Shown in pieces: positions 42,501 through 52,821 of a stretch of 64,000 nt of DNA. Numbering within the stretch: position 1 is the first letter of the stretch; every line of letters starts with the position of its first letter. Source of the DNA: an uncultured delta proteobacterium (GTDB lineage: Bacteria > Desulfobacterota > Desulfomonilia > UBA1062); NCBI GenBank assembly GCA_963798485.1, contig CAWCTR010000004.1:381801-445800 (forward strand), read 5' to 3'. The position numbers and the translations under genes were made by a program. The notes below the pieces were generated by a model that searched no databases, had not been told where the DNA came from, and saw only the letters and a program-made list of their open reading frames with translations.

Positions 42501-42678
42501 CCATGTTTTCCGGACTTGCTCCGGGGAGGCTGGCCGATACGCGGATGGTGGGGAAGTCTACATTGGGGAGCTCGCTGACGGGCAGGGCACGATAGGAGAC
42601 AACACCGAAGAGGAGGATTGACATCATGACAAGTATTGTCATGATGGGCCGCTCTATGAAGATGCTGGATATATTCAC
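39589..42678 (-). CDS. RND efflux permease (MdtB/MdtC-like)
   Basis: [32 protein letters not shown]. Confidence 0.93.
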   Translation of the reverse strand: MNISSIFIERPIMTILVMMSILLFGVVSYRALPVSELPNVDFPTIRVSASLPGASPENMASAVATPLERQFSTIAGLDSMTSTSALGTTQITLQFNLSRNIDAAAQDVQTAIGTAARLLPVNMPSPPFFRKVNPADSPILMLSLNSPTLPLSTVDEFAETLLAQRISMISGVAEVQVYGSQKYAVRIQLDPKALAGRSIGIDDVANAVASGNVNLPTGTLWGAHKAFTVQAFGQLTNAEAYKPLIVGYRGGSPIRLGELGHMVDSVENDKIASWFNDNRSIVLAILRQPGTNTVEVAQSIKDILPKYRSLAPASMNLEILYDRSQSIKDSIRDVQLTLLLALVLVVMVIFLFLRNLSATVIPSLALPLSLIGTFAAMYLGGYNLDNLSLMALTLCVGFVVDDAIVMLENIVRHMEHGESARDAAFNGSREISFTIISMTISLVAVFIPVLFMGGIVGRLLHEFAVTIAVAVLISGFVSLSLTPMLASITLRPVEHKKHSRVYLASERFFDGLLHAYDRSLQWVLHHRLTTLFISFLFLVGAVYLYAVMPKGFLPSGDIGLIMASTESAQGTSFESMVDHQKKVARILKQDPNVDIVMSSVGSGFGSISANTGSMMARLKSRSERSLNADEVIQELRPKLASVTGLQVYMQNPPPIRIGGYLTKSQYQYTLQGPDIGELYKYAPIMESKLKDLPGFQDVTSDLQIKNPQISITINRDKASELGLNAFQIETALQNAYSANQVSTIYAPTNEYQVIVELEPKYQMDPAALNLLYIRSSSGNLVPLSTVASLDQTVGPLTVNHLGQLPAVTLSYNLAPGKSLGDAVNNVEKTALSVLPSTITGSSQGTAQAFQASMAGLGILILVAILVIYIVLGILYESFIHPLTILSGLPSAGLGALLTLTIFHIDLNLYALVGIIMLIGIVKKNAIMMIDFALAAERKDGKKPEEAIYQGALIRFRPIMMTTMSALMATLPIAIGLGAGGETRQPLGVAVVGGLLFSQIVTLYITPVTYIYLDKLQAAIRRTINRHRHA

Positions 42679-42697
42679 TTATGTCACCGTTGCCGCA

Positions 42698-43795
42698 TCA
42701 CTTTGTGGTTTTTATGGATGCTTTGGCCCCCGGTATGAGCCGTACCTGTCCATCCGTGACTACCCGTTCACCGGCCTTTACTCCTTTCAGGATGACGGTC
42801 TCGCCGTTCATGACTTGGCCTGTCGTAACGGTCCTTATTTCAGCCTTGGAATCAGGCCCTATGACATAGACATACTGACCTTCCTGCCCCTGATCCACGC
42901 TCTGTGAAGGGACGAGTATCGCATTGGGATCGGTGGTGAGCATCAGGACCACATTGATAAACTGTCCCGGTAACAGCCTCTTTTCCTTGTTGGCGAAGGT
43001 CCCTTTGAGTGTAATGGTCCCGGTTGTCTTATCAACGGCGTTATCTACAAAGGTGAGTTCTCCCCTTTCAGGCCGTTCTTCGCCCGGGAGAAGGGCGTCA
43101 ACTTCGAGTTTCTTCTCGGCATAATATTTTTTAACCCTGGGCAGGTCCTTTTCAGGGATGGCAAAGGTGACGTTGATGGGTTGAATCTGATTGATGGTGA
43201 CCACCTCGATGTCATTGGCCTTGAGGATATTCCCCTGATCCACTTCCAGCTTGCCTGTCCGGCCGTCAATGGGTGAATAGATGGAGCAGTATTGAACCTG
43301 GACCTCGTTATTCCGGACAATAGCCTCGTCGGCCTTCACCGTAGCATCGAGGGCGGCAAAATTAGCCTGGATCTGGTCGTACTGTTCCTTGGCCACATAA
43401 TCCTTATTCACCAGGTCGGCATACCTCTTTACCTCTTGATCCGCATATTTCGCCTGGGCCCTATCCCTGAAAAGATTGGCCTGGGCCTGTTTGAGCGCCT
43501 CCACATTCGGGCGGCAGTCTATTTCAAGCAGAAGGTCCCCTTTCTTCACATCTTGGCCCTCATGGAAAAGGACCCTCGTAATCAGCCCGGTGATCTGGCT
43601 TCTCACCGAGATGGCCTGAAACGCCTCGACAGAACCGATGGCATTAATTTGAACGGGAATCGTCTTTTGAACTGCAACAGCCACCACTACCGGAACAGGG
43701 CGCACAGCAGATTGTTTCTTCTTTGACGAACAGCCATTCATGAATATCGCAGTAGTGCATATCAAAAGAACACCGCAGACCATGATCCTTCTCAT
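42698..43795 (-). CDS. RND periplasmic adaptor (MFP)
   Basis: Lipobox MNGC; EGQDVKKGDLL, SPIDGRTG, DKTTGT. Confidence 0.92.
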   Translation of the reverse strand: MRRIMVCGVLLICTTAIFMNGCSSKKKQSAVRPVPVVVAVAVQKTIPVQINAIGSVEAFQAISVRSQITGLITRVLFHEGQDVKKGDLLLEIDCRPNVEALKQAQANLFRDRAQAKYADQEVKRYADLVNKDYVAKEQYDQIQANFAALDATVKADEAIVRNNEVQVQYCSIYSPIDGRTGKLEVDQGNILKANDIEVVTINQIQPINVTFAIPEKDLPRVKKYYAEKKLEVDALLPGEERPERGELTFVDNAVDKTTGTITLKGTFANKEKRLLPGQFINVVLMLTTDPNAILVPSQSVDQGQEGQYVYVIGPDSKAEIRTVTTGQVMNGETVILKGVKAGERVVTDGQVRLIPGAKASIKTTK

Positions 43796-45159
43796 TGCTT
43801 TACCCCCATGGCCTTTTCCAGGCTTGCAACCGCGAGGCGGTAGTCACTCAGGGCGTTTATATACGCGGTCTTGGCGTTGATCTCCGTTACCAGCGCATCC
43901 GTCACCTCGATGGTGTTCCCCACCCCTGCCTCATATCGCCCCAGCGCAAGCTCCCGGTTCTCCTTGGCCTGCTTTACGGTGACCTCGGCCAGCACGATCC
44001 CCTCTTTGGCCTGCGTGAGGTTCGAAAAGGCCTGCTCGATGTCAAACCGGATGCCCTGCCGGATGTTCTCCTCATTCGCCCTTGCCACCTCCAGGTTGGC
44101 CCTGGCCTCCTCCACCTGGGACTTTGTCAGAAAACCGCTGAACAGCGGAAAGTTCAGCGTGGCCCCTACGGTCCACTCCTTGTCCAGAGGATAGTCCGGC
44201 CCGCTCCATCCATACCCCGCATTGCCGGTGAGCACCGGGTAGTATCCTGTCCGCGCAAGGTCTATGGACCGCTCGGCAGCCTCACGCTTCGCTGTTGCCG
44301 AGACTAGGTCGCCCCTGGCATCATAGCCCCTCTTCAGCGCGCTCGCCAGGTCAATGGGGTAATCCTGGTAGCCCGCAGTATCCTTAATCTCATAGCTTGG
44401 CGCTTCCGGCGCCCCCATGGCGTTGTTCAGTGTTATCCTCGCAATGCGCAGGCCGTTTTCGGCCTTGAGCAGGTTGAGCTTTGCCTGGCTCAGGTCCACC
44501 TCTGCATTCGTCACATCGATCTTCGGCTTGGTCCCGACCTCGTAGAACCTCCTGGCCTGGTCCAGGTGCTTTTCATACTGCACCACGGCTTCCGCATACG
44601 CATCCCGGCTCTGCCTGGCCTGCAGGATGCCGTAATATGCCTGTTTCACCCCCAGGACGATCTGACTTACCGTATTATCAAGATCCGCCCTCGCCGCATC
44701 CGCTCCCAAGGCCTGCACATCCACCTGCGCGGACGTCTTGCCGAAATCAATGAGCGTCTGGTTGAGAGTGAGACTATCCTGATACTCGTTGTAGTAGCTG
44801 CTCCCCGGGGCGACAGCACTCGTTCCCCCCTGGGCATAGTTCCGGCTGTAGGCCGAAGACGCCCCTACCTGAGGATAATAATTCGACCTCGCCTCCTTAA
44901 CCCTGCTCTCGCTTGCCTTGAGGCTCCCGGCCGCTCCCAGGATGGCGGGGTGGTTCTTCAGTGCAATGGCTATGCAGCGCGAAAGGTCAAGGGTCTCGCC
45001 GGGCTTGATCTCATCTCCCGCACTGGCCGCAAGGGGTAACAGGACAACCAGAATAAAACAACACAGGAAAAGCCATGATGATGTTATTCTGTTTATCAAA
45101 GGTATTAAAGAATCCATGTGCGCATTGTCTTTCATCATATCCGGGTATTCCACCTGCAA
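43792..45159 (-). CDS. TolC-family outer-membrane efflux protein (start uncertain)
   Basis: Two OEP repeats; ARSNYYPQV, PLFSGF, RYEAG. Confidence 0.9.
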   Translation of the reverse strand: MQVEYPDMMKDNAHMDSLIPLINRITSSWLFLCCFILVVLLPLAASAGDEIKPGETLDLSRCIAIALKNHPAILGAAGSLKASESRVKEARSNYYPQVGASSAYSRNYAQGGTSAVAPGSSYYNEYQDSLTLNQTLIDFGKTSAQVDVQALGADAARADLDNTVSQIVLGVKQAYYGILQARQSRDAYAEAVVQYEKHLDQARRFYEVGTKPKIDVTNAEVDLSQAKLNLLKAENGLRIARITLNNAMGAPEAPSYEIKDTAGYQDYPIDLASALKRGYDARGDLVSATAKREAAERSIDLARTGYYPVLTGNAGYGWSGPDYPLDKEWTVGATLNFPLFSGFLTKSQVEEARANLEVARANEENIRQGIRFDIEQAFSNLTQAKEGIVLAEVTVKQAKENRELALGRYEAGVGNTIEVTDALVTEINAKTAYINALSDYRLAVASLEKAMGVKQ

Positions 45160-45286
45160 TCACTCTCAATACATGAATGTATACTATCCCTTTCCCCTTA
45201 TCAGACGCATGAACAGGTACTTTAGTTTACAGATATATAATTATTTACTGTGATAAATCAACTTGATCAAAAGGGTAGCGGATTCT

Positions 45287-46558
45287 TCATGGCATGGGAA
45301 AGACTGGTTTGAAATCCTTCCTGGCTACGTCAGTTGGCCACACGGTTACCCGTTCGATTGCGCCGTTGATGTCACGGAACTGCACTACAACAAAACGGGC
45401 ATTCTTGTTCTGACCGGTCTTGTCGAACTCTACGCAGTTATAGCTGGCGACATCGACCCCCGGATTCCCTTTACCCCTGCACAGGTCCGTGTCTGCAAGG
45501 GCATCTCTGATCGCTTCCGGGTCAATGGATTGTGCACGTTCCAGGGCATCGGCGATTACATAGACCGAGACGAAGGCATCCACCATCTCGGCAGTAAGAT
45601 CAAAGGTGTATCTCTTTTTGAACGCTGCACTCAGTGTGGCGATGCCCTGCCTGTTTATGTCCGGCTCCCACTGTGATACATCGAAGATATTCTCGCAATT
45701 CTTGCCGGTTCCCTTGAGGAACGCTTGAGACGCAGGGCCACCGCCTGTAGATATGATGGCCTTTGCACCCACCTTCATCTGTGCCATGGCGTTTGTAAGA
45801 AGGATTGCATCCGGGGTAAGGGATGCCATCAGGATTACGTCAGGCCTAGCATTCTTGATCTTTATGGCCGTCAAGGTAAGATCGCTTGAGGTGCTTGCAT
45901 AGGGTTCAGCGAGTATCACTTTGTACCCATATTTCCCTGCAAGTTTTGTCCACTGGTCTTTCATGGCCTTTCCCCAACCCCCGTCCTCGTAGACAAAGGC
46001 AAGGGTCTTGACCTGCGTGTCTGTGGCACGGCTCATTTCATCGAGGAATTTAAACTGGTCGCGAACCCTCCAGTTGTCTTTTGCTGCAATGCGGAAGGTG
46101 TATTTCAGGCCGCGTTCCGTTATCGCGTCCCTGACGGAAACCGGTACCACATACGGTATGAGAGCCTTTTCGGCTGTCTGAGTAGTGGGGTAGGTAACTG
46201 CAGAGTTCCAGGCCCCTGAGATGATGTTTACCTTGTCGGTCTTGATGAGTGTCTCTGCGGCAGTCACCCCGAAGGAGACCTCACCCCTGCTGTTTTCCCA
46301 TACATTGACAAGTCTGGCCCCGCCCAATGATTTAATGCCGCCTGCTGCATTAATATATTCTGTGGCAAGCTCACAGGCCTTCTGGTTCTGTATGCCTGCC
46401 TGGGCAGTGGGGCCGGTCAGCGGCAGTATATATCCGATCTTGACCTCGGAAATCTTCTTGGCCTGGGCAGGAGGCAATAATATAAAAAACAGCGAGAAAA
46501 AGAGCAGAACAGCCATGATAGGCAAGATATGGATTCTAGAGAATACCTTCTTGATCAT
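45287..46558 (-). CDS. Branched-chain amino acid ABC-type substrate-binding protein (no permease genes adjacent)
   Basis: KIGYILPLTG, INAAGGIKSLGG, TERGLKYTFR. Confidence 0.88.
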   Translation of the reverse strand: MIKKVFSRIHILPIMAVLLFFSLFFILLPPAQAKKISEVKIGYILPLTGPTAQAGIQNQKACELATEYINAAGGIKSLGGARLVNVWENSRGEVSFGVTAAETLIKTDKVNIISGAWNSAVTYPTTQTAEKALIPYVVPVSVRDAITERGLKYTFRIAAKDNWRVRDQFKFLDEMSRATDTQVKTLAFVYEDGGWGKAMKDQWTKLAGKYGYKVILAEPYASTSSDLTLTAIKIKNARPDVILMASLTPDAILLTNAMAQMKVGAKAIISTGGGPASQAFLKGTGKNCENIFDVSQWEPDINRQGIATLSAAFKKRYTFDLTAEMVDAFVSVYVIADALERAQSIDPEAIRDALADTDLCRGKGNPGVDVASYNCVEFDKTGQNKNARFVVVQFRDINGAIERVTVWPTDVARKDFKPVFPMP

Positions 46559-47011
46559 TCAACTACCCCTGTATGTACTATGTGTTGCAGAAAAGGGTTC
46601 AACAACTAAACCATACATCCGACAACCGAAATGCGCAATCCTTACGTCTTACATCATACCGGGGGAATGGAAGAGGTAGCGATCCCAGTTCCCACAGGGT
46701 TGTGATGAAAGGAGCAGGTAGGGTATGCTGATGGTGAACCCCGATGAGAATGCAACTTCCAGCGCAATCTTGTTGGACCCTGCAACCATCATTGTGAGCT
46801 TACGGCTTGTCTTTCGCGCCAAGGCGATAAAGACCTTGAGGACATCTTTAATAGAGACGATGTGACCCGATAGCAACCGTACCATGCAAAACATGCGGGC
46901 CTTACGCATCATCTGTATTGAGAAATTGGAGAGTTGCCTGGTTATGAGGGGGCCGGGCCGGACACTCATGTCTGGCCGACCCCATCGGAACCGATTATCG
47001 GCAGCGAAGTC

Positions 47012-47545
47012 TTACACTGTCTGATCCACTTGGGTAGCTGATGGGGTCTGGGATGCTGAATTTACGGACCCTTGGTATTTCTGAAGGATAGACAAAAGGG
47101 TATCGGGGCTCAGGTTTTCAATATCCTGTATCGTCTGCGAATTGAGAGATTGACTCATAGAAGAAGATGATGAGCTATCCGTAGTTTGTGCCTGTTCCTC
47201 AGAAATGATATCCTGGACCAAGCCGGGGTTTGCCTGCATGAGCTTCGCATTCTCATCAGACAGCATGATATTGTAGAGGGAATCGCTTGAATCACTCGAT
47301 CCCTGGCTGCTGCCTGAAAAGATATTGTCGATAGAATTATCAGATCCATCCTGGTTATCAAGGTCAAGAAGTGGGTCGTCGTTCTGTATCTCCTGTGAAT
47401 AGTTGCTAAGGCTGACAGTGTCTGTAGCACTGATACCCGAAGCCTGTGTCTGGACATTCGACGCCTGAGTTGAAGTCGAACCGGTCTGCAGACTGTTGAG
47501 CAAACTTGAAAGGAGAGAGTTGTTGACGTTACTGATGCTTGACAT
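47012..47545 (-). CDS. Ser/Gln/Asp-rich low-complexity hypothetical protein
   Basis: RBS AAGGGGG; MSSISNV N-terminus; DTVSLS motif. Confidence 0.65.
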   Translation of the reverse strand: MSSISNVNNSLLSSLLNSLQTGSTSTQASNVQTQASGISATDTVSLSNYSQEIQNDDPLLDLDNQDGSDNSIDNIFSGSSQGSSDSSDSLYNIMLSDENAKLMQANPGLVQDIISEEQAQTTDSSSSSSMSQSLNSQTIQDIENLSPDTLLSILQKYQGSVNSASQTPSATQVDQTV

Positions 47546-47573
47546 GGCTAATCCCCCTTTTTATCATGTCTCT

Positions 47574-48044
47574 TTAAACTGTCGTACTGATGCTGCTGGC
47601 GGGGCTGGTGCTGCCATCGTTAGTACCGGCGCCGGTGCTCCCATCACTCCCCGTGCTTGCTGTAGCATTTTGAGAGTAACGGTGGTGATGATGGTGATGA
47701 TGTACTTGCCCTGCATTCTGCATATTCTGCATATCCTGCTGCAGAGATGCGAATGCCTGCTGGGCACCAGTTAAATCGCCTGAAGACAGTGCACTTGCAA
47801 GACTATTGAAATCGGTGCTGAGAGGGTTATTCTGATTTGACTGCTGCCCAGCATTGCCGACTTGGCTGACACCTTGGGTATTAGAACTCTGTAATGCCGT
47901 TAAAGCCTGCTGTGCTCCTGTCAGATCACTCGACTGGATGGCGGTTATCATATCCTGAAAATCCTGCTTCCGTTGTTTCCAGTTACTTTGCATCGTGTTC
48001 TGATAAGAATTATTACCTGATGAAATTCCTGATACTGACGACAT
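47574..48044 (-). CDS. Gln/Ser-rich protein with duplicated helical motif and poly-His tract
   Basis: RBS AAGGAGG; two DF..(L/M)..A..S.DLTGAQQA repeats; HHHHHHH. Confidence 0.7.
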   Translation of the reverse strand: MSSVSGISSGNNSYQNTMQSNWKQRKQDFQDMITAIQSSDLTGAQQALTALQSSNTQGVSQVGNAGQQSNQNNPLSTDFNSLASALSSGDLTGAQQAFASLQQDMQNMQNAGQVHHHHHHHRYSQNATASTGSDGSTGAGTNDGSTSPASSISTTV

Positions 48045-48229
48045 AGCGGCCTCCTTATGGATTTTTATGGTTATCAAGCGGCAATTTTTTCCTACCTTCC
48101 GGCATCAAAATGTGCTGGTCCTCCCATTGATTGGCTTATCCAGACATTTTTTGCTGCTTATACCCATTACATATGAGGACTGCATTTTCTATTCCACCCA
48201 GGTTCTTTAATGTGGAAAATCTACAACAG

Positions 48230-49687
48230 CTATCGATGTTCCGTAGCCGGGTTGTCATCAAGCCGATCCGGGGTGGGGAGCTCCGATACATCCCATCCGC
48301 CCCCTAGGGCCTTGATCAGCAAAATAGACGCTACAAGCCGCTGGCCACGGATGCCCAAAGCCGTACTCTCATTTGTGAGCGCAATGGTTTGGGTGCTGAT
48401 GACGTTGAGATAACTGACGATCCCGGCTTTGTACTGGTTGGTGGTCAGGACCACCGATTCTCGCGCCGAATTCACTGCTTCGTCTTGAACCTGCGTTTCT
48501 TCATCGAGGATTCTGAGTGCGGCAAGATTGTCTTCCACCTGCTGAAAACTTGTCAGCACGGTTTGTTTATAGGCAGCCACGGCAGCCTCATAGGATGCAA
48601 TGGCCTGTTCCGTCTGGGCCTTGCGGGCCCCGCCATCGAACAGCGTCTGGGACAGTGCTGCAGGGCCTAAAGCCCAGAATAAGCTGGGCGCAGTAAGCAG
48701 ATCGGCAAAAACCGGACTTTGATAACCGGCGGAGGCGGATAGGGTCAACGACGGAAAGTAGGCGGCCTTCGCCACCCCGATCTGGGCATTTGCAGCGGCC
48801 ATCTGTCGCTCTGCGGAGGCGACGTCCGGGCGGCGTTCGAGAATATCGGAAGGGATGCCGATCGGAATGTTCGGCAGTGTCGGGACGATCGGCGCCGATG
48901 CAATGGAAAAGTCAGACGGAGCCTTTCCAATCAACAACGCGATAGCGTGCTCAAGTTGCGCACGGAGGATCCCGATGTCGATTGCCTGTGCCTGGGTGGA
49001 CTCAAGCTGTGTCTGAGCCAGAACAACGTCGGCTTTAGCCGCCACGCCGGCCTTATACCGGTTTTTGGTAAGTTCAAGCGCCTTTTGGTAAGCGATAACC
49101 GTGTCTTCGAGTGTCTTCTTCTGTGCATCAACTGTGCGCAGCTGGAAATAATCCTGCGCCAGTTCCGCCTGAATTGACAATCGCAAGGCCTGTAAATCGG
49201 CGGCGCTCGCTTGTGCGCTTGCCGTGGCTGACTCCACCTGGCGCCTGACACGTCCCCATAAATCAATCTCCCAAAGAGCATCAAGCGATAACGAGTATTG
49301 ATCCGTTGGTTTCGTTCCGGAAGCGCTGGTGCTGCTCGACAGCTTGGAACGGCCGGCCGCTGCAGAAGCGGAAATTACGGGGAAATAGTTCGCCCGCGCC
49401 CCCTGAACAAGCGCCCGTGCCTGGCGGTACTGGGCCTCGGCCTGTGCAAGCGACTGGTTTGATATGCTGACCTGCTCCTCGAGGGAGTTAAGCAGGGGAT
49501 CGCCAAAAACATTCCACCACCGGGTTTTTATCCCGTCGTCACGGGGTTGCGCTTCCCTCCAACCCTTGAGTTCCTTAAATGCCATCGGGGCAGATACAGG
49601 AGGGCGTTTATAGTCCGGCCCGGCGGCGCAGCCGAAAAGCATCACTAAGCCGATCAAAATAACGCTTAGATGCAATAGTTTATTCAT
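48230..49687 (-). CDS. NodT-family outer-membrane efflux lipoprotein
   Basis: Lipobox LFGC, GPDY, WEIDLWG, LERRPDV, KALGGGW; ATGA overlap with mdtC. Confidence 0.92.
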   Translation of the reverse strand: MNKLLHLSVILIGLVMLFGCAAGPDYKRPPVSAPMAFKELKGWREAQPRDDGIKTRWWNVFGDPLLNSLEEQVSISNQSLAQAEAQYRQARALVQGARANYFPVISASAAAGRSKLSSSTSASGTKPTDQYSLSLDALWEIDLWGRVRRQVESATASAQASAADLQALRLSIQAELAQDYFQLRTVDAQKKTLEDTVIAYQKALELTKNRYKAGVAAKADVVLAQTQLESTQAQAIDIGILRAQLEHAIALLIGKAPSDFSIASAPIVPTLPNIPIGIPSDILERRPDVASAERQMAAANAQIGVAKAAYFPSLTLSASAGYQSPVFADLLTAPSLFWALGPAALSQTLFDGGARKAQTEQAIASYEAAVAAYKQTVLTSFQQVEDNLAALRILDEETQVQDEAVNSARESVVLTTNQYKAGIVSYLNVISTQTIALTNESTALGIRGQRLVASILLIKALGGGWDVSELPTPDRLDDNPATEHR

Positions 49688-52600
49688 CTTTGGATACCTC
49701 CAGACTGCTGCGTTACCAGAGTATGTGCCCGGCCTTTGCGGCTCTTCGCGGACAGACACCAAAGCCGGAAACGGTCAAGGTATAAATAGACGACCGGTGT
49801 AGTGTATAAGGTAAGCATCTGGCTCACGATCAGTCCACCGACAATGGAAATACCCAGCGGTCGACGCAATTCGGCCCCGTCCCCGGCGCTGAGCATGAGC
49901 GGTATCGCACCAAGAAGCGCCGCCATGGTCGTCATCATGATCGGACGGAAACGAATCAGGCATGCCTCGTAGATGGCCTCCCTGGGGTTTTTCCCTTGTT
50001 TTCGTTCCCCATCCAGGGCGAAGTCGATCATCATAATGGCGTTCTTCTTCACGATACCGATCAAGAGGATCACCCCGATCAGCGCCATGATGCTGAAATC
50101 CGTGTGGGATATCATGAGCGCAAGGAGGGCCCCGACGCCGGCTGAGGGCAATGTGGAGAGAATGGTGATCGGATGGACATAGCTTTCATACAGGATGCCG
50201 AGCACAATATAGATAGTGACCAAAGCGGCGAGGATCAGCCAGGGCTGGCTTTGCAGGGATGTCTGAAATGTCCGGGCCGTTCCCTGGAAGCTGCCCCTTA
50301 TGGAACCCGGCACACCGATACGGACCATCGCATCGCTGATGGCCTTCGTTGCATCCGAGAGCGATATGCGCTCAGGCAGGTTGAAAGAGATCGTGGAAGC
50401 TGCGAACTGCCCCTGGTGATTGACCGCTAAGGGCATATTGTTCAAGGCGTAGGACGCAAAGGCCGGAAGCGGCACTTGGGCTCCCCCTGGAAACTGTACG
50501 CTGGAAGGCACACTCATATATACATCACGGAGCGCCTCGGAACTCTGAGCGTATTGCGGCGCTACCTCCATAACGACCCGGTACTGATTAAGCGGATTAT
50601 AGATGGTGGACACCTGCCGCTGGCCAAAGGAGTCATTCAAGGTGGCATCGATGAGCGCCGGTGTCACCCCCATGCGCGACGCTGCATCGCGGTCAATGGC
50701 AACAGCGGTTTGAAGGCCCCGGTCCTGCTCGTCCGTGTTGACATCCACCAGTTCAGCGAGCCCTCCCAGGGCATTCTGGATCTTCTTCCCCCAGGTCCTC
50801 AGTTCGGTGAGATCTTCGGCCTGGAGGGTAAACTGGTACATGGCGCCGGATGAGCGTCCGCCGACCCGTATATCCTGCACCGACTGCAGGAATAATCGTG
50901 CGCCGGGTTCCCTGGCCAGTTTAGGACGGAGCCGTGCCATCACCTTATCGGCCGAATCTCTACGAACACTGCGCGATTTCAAGGACACGAACATGAAGCC
51001 GGAGTTGATCTGGCCGCCTCCCGTGAAGCCGGCGACATCCTCGACTGCCGGGTCCTTCCGGACCACATTCATGATATTTACCAGTTTTTTTTGCATGGCC
51101 TGGAAAGAAATGTTCTGGTCGGCCTGGATGCTGCCCGTCAATCGCCCCGTATCCTGCTGCGGGAAAAACCCCTTCGGGATAACCACGTACAGGTAGACGT
51201 TCAGGCACACCGTGGCCAGCAAAAGGAGCATCATAAAAGGCCCGTGCGCGAGCGCCCAGCCGAGCGAGCGCTCATACCGGTTAAGCAAACCCGTAAACAA
51301 ACGTTCACCTCTGCTGTAGAACCGACCGCGTTTCAGATCATCTCCGGTTTTGAGAAGGCGTGCACACATCATCGGTGTCGTTGTAAGAGAGACAACCAGT
51401 GATACGATGACCGCCACCGAGAGTGTCACGGCGAACTCGCGGAATATCCTGCCGATGACACCGCCCATGAGCAGGATGGGAATAAAAACCGCAATCAGGG
51501 AGAGGCTCATGGACAGCACTGTGAATCCTACTTCGCGCGCGCCTAAGAGAGCGGCTTTAAAAGGCTGCATCCCATTTTCAATGTGACGCGAAATGTTTTC
51601 CAGCATGACGACGGCATCGTCCACGACGAAGCCGGTGGCTACGGTAAGCGCCATCAGTGACAGGTTGTCCAGGCTGTAGTTGGCGAGATACATCACACTA
51701 AATGTCCCGATCAGGGATACCGGCACGGCAACACAGGGAATCAGCATGGAGCGGACGTTGCGCAGGAACAGGAATACCACGAGAATCACCAGACAAACGG
51801 AAATCATCAGGGTGCGCTCGACTTCACGCAGCGAAGAGCGGATGGTGGTGGTCTGGTCTGAAGCAATTGAGATCTTGACGGCGCTCGGCACCGAGGCCCT
51901 CAACTCTGGCAGGAGGCCCTTGACACGATCGACCGTCTCAATGACGTTGGCGCCCGGCTGCTTGCTTATAATCAGTAAAACCGAGGGTTTGCCATTGTAC
52001 AAACCTGCGTTGCGCAAGTCCTGCACGGAATCGACCACCTCGCCCAAGTCCTTAAGCCGCACGGCTGCGCCGTTCTGGTAGCTCACGATTAATGGGATAT
52101 AATCCTTGGCCGTTTTGCCCTGGTCGTTGGCATATATCTGCCAGTGACGATCTCCCTGTTCAACATCGCCCTTGGGCCTGTTGGCATTGGAAGTGACGAT
52201 CGCCTGGCGCACGGTCTCGAGGCCTATTCCGTAACGGTTGAGCAGCGTGGGGTTCAGCTCCACCCTGACCGCAGGAAGCGAACTGCCGCCGACGCTCACC
52301 TGGCCCACACCTTTGACTTGAGATATTTTCTGCGCCAGGATGGTGTCGGCTGTATCGTAAAGCTGGCCGCGGGTCATGGTATCCGAGGTAAGGGCCAGGA
52401 TCATGATCGGTGCATCCGACGGATTAACCTTGCGGTAAGTCGGGTTGCTCGGCAACCCTGACGGCAGCAGGCTGCGGGCCGCGTTGATCGCCGCCTGCAC
52501 ATCCCGGGCAGCGCCGTCGATATCACGGTCGAGATCGAACTGCAGGGTGATGCGGGTTGAACCGAGTGAACTGGCGGATGTAATCTCACTGATACCGGCA

Positions 52601-52821
52601 ATACGGCCGAGCGAGCGCTCAAGGGGAGTCGCCACGGTTGAGGCCATGGTTTCAGGACTCGCCCCGGGCAGCGATGCCTGAACGGATATGGTAGGGAAAT
52701 CCACCTGGGGCAGCGACGCCACGGGCAGGAGGAAAAAGGCGACAATACCGGTGAGCATCACCCCGAGTGTAAGCAGCGTGGTGGCGACAGGCCGGTGGAT
52801 GAATGTGGATGAGGGATTCAT
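49684..52821 (-). CDS. mdtC: RND efflux permease MdtC-like
   Basis: Second of two tandem RND permeases; [16 protein letters not shown]. Confidence 0.85.
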   Translation of the reverse strand: MNPSSTFIHRPVATTLLTLGVMLTGIVAFFLLPVASLPQVDFPTISVQASLPGASPETMASTVATPLERSLGRIAGISEITSASSLGSTRITLQFDLDRDIDGAARDVQAAINAARSLLPSGLPSNPTYRKVNPSDAPIMILALTSDTMTRGQLYDTADTILAQKISQVKGVGQVSVGGSSLPAVRVELNPTLLNRYGIGLETVRQAIVTSNANRPKGDVEQGDRHWQIYANDQGKTAKDYIPLIVSYQNGAAVRLKDLGEVVDSVQDLRNAGLYNGKPSVLLIISKQPGANVIETVDRVKGLLPELRASVPSAVKISIASDQTTTIRSSLREVERTLMISVCLVILVVFLFLRNVRSMLIPCVAVPVSLIGTFSVMYLANYSLDNLSLMALTVATGFVVDDAVVMLENISRHIENGMQPFKAALLGAREVGFTVLSMSLSLIAVFIPILLMGGVIGRIFREFAVTLSVAVIVSLVVSLTTTPMMCARLLKTGDDLKRGRFYSRGERLFTGLLNRYERSLGWALAHGPFMMLLLLATVCLNVYLYVVIPKGFFPQQDTGRLTGSIQADQNISFQAMQKKLVNIMNVVRKDPAVEDVAGFTGGGQINSGFMFVSLKSRSVRRDSADKVMARLRPKLAREPGARLFLQSVQDIRVGGRSSGAMYQFTLQAEDLTELRTWGKKIQNALGGLAELVDVNTDEQDRGLQTAVAIDRDAASRMGVTPALIDATLNDSFGQRQVSTIYNPLNQYRVVMEVAPQYAQSSEALRDVYMSVPSSVQFPGGAQVPLPAFASYALNNMPLAVNHQGQFAASTISFNLPERISLSDATKAISDAMVRIGVPGSIRGSFQGTARTFQTSLQSQPWLILAALVTIYIVLGILYESYVHPITILSTLPSAGVGALLALMISHTDFSIMALIGVILLIGIVKKNAIMMIDFALDGERKQGKNPREAIYEACLIRFRPIMMTTMAALLGAIPLMLSAGDGAELRRPLGISIVGGLIVSQMLTLYTTPVVYLYLDRFRLWCLSAKSRKGRAHTLVTQQSGGIQR

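Noticed and set aside
46649-46969. 106-aa minus-strand ORF
   Set aside because: No recognisable motif or clear RBS, and its start lies in a hairpin; cannot be supported as a gene
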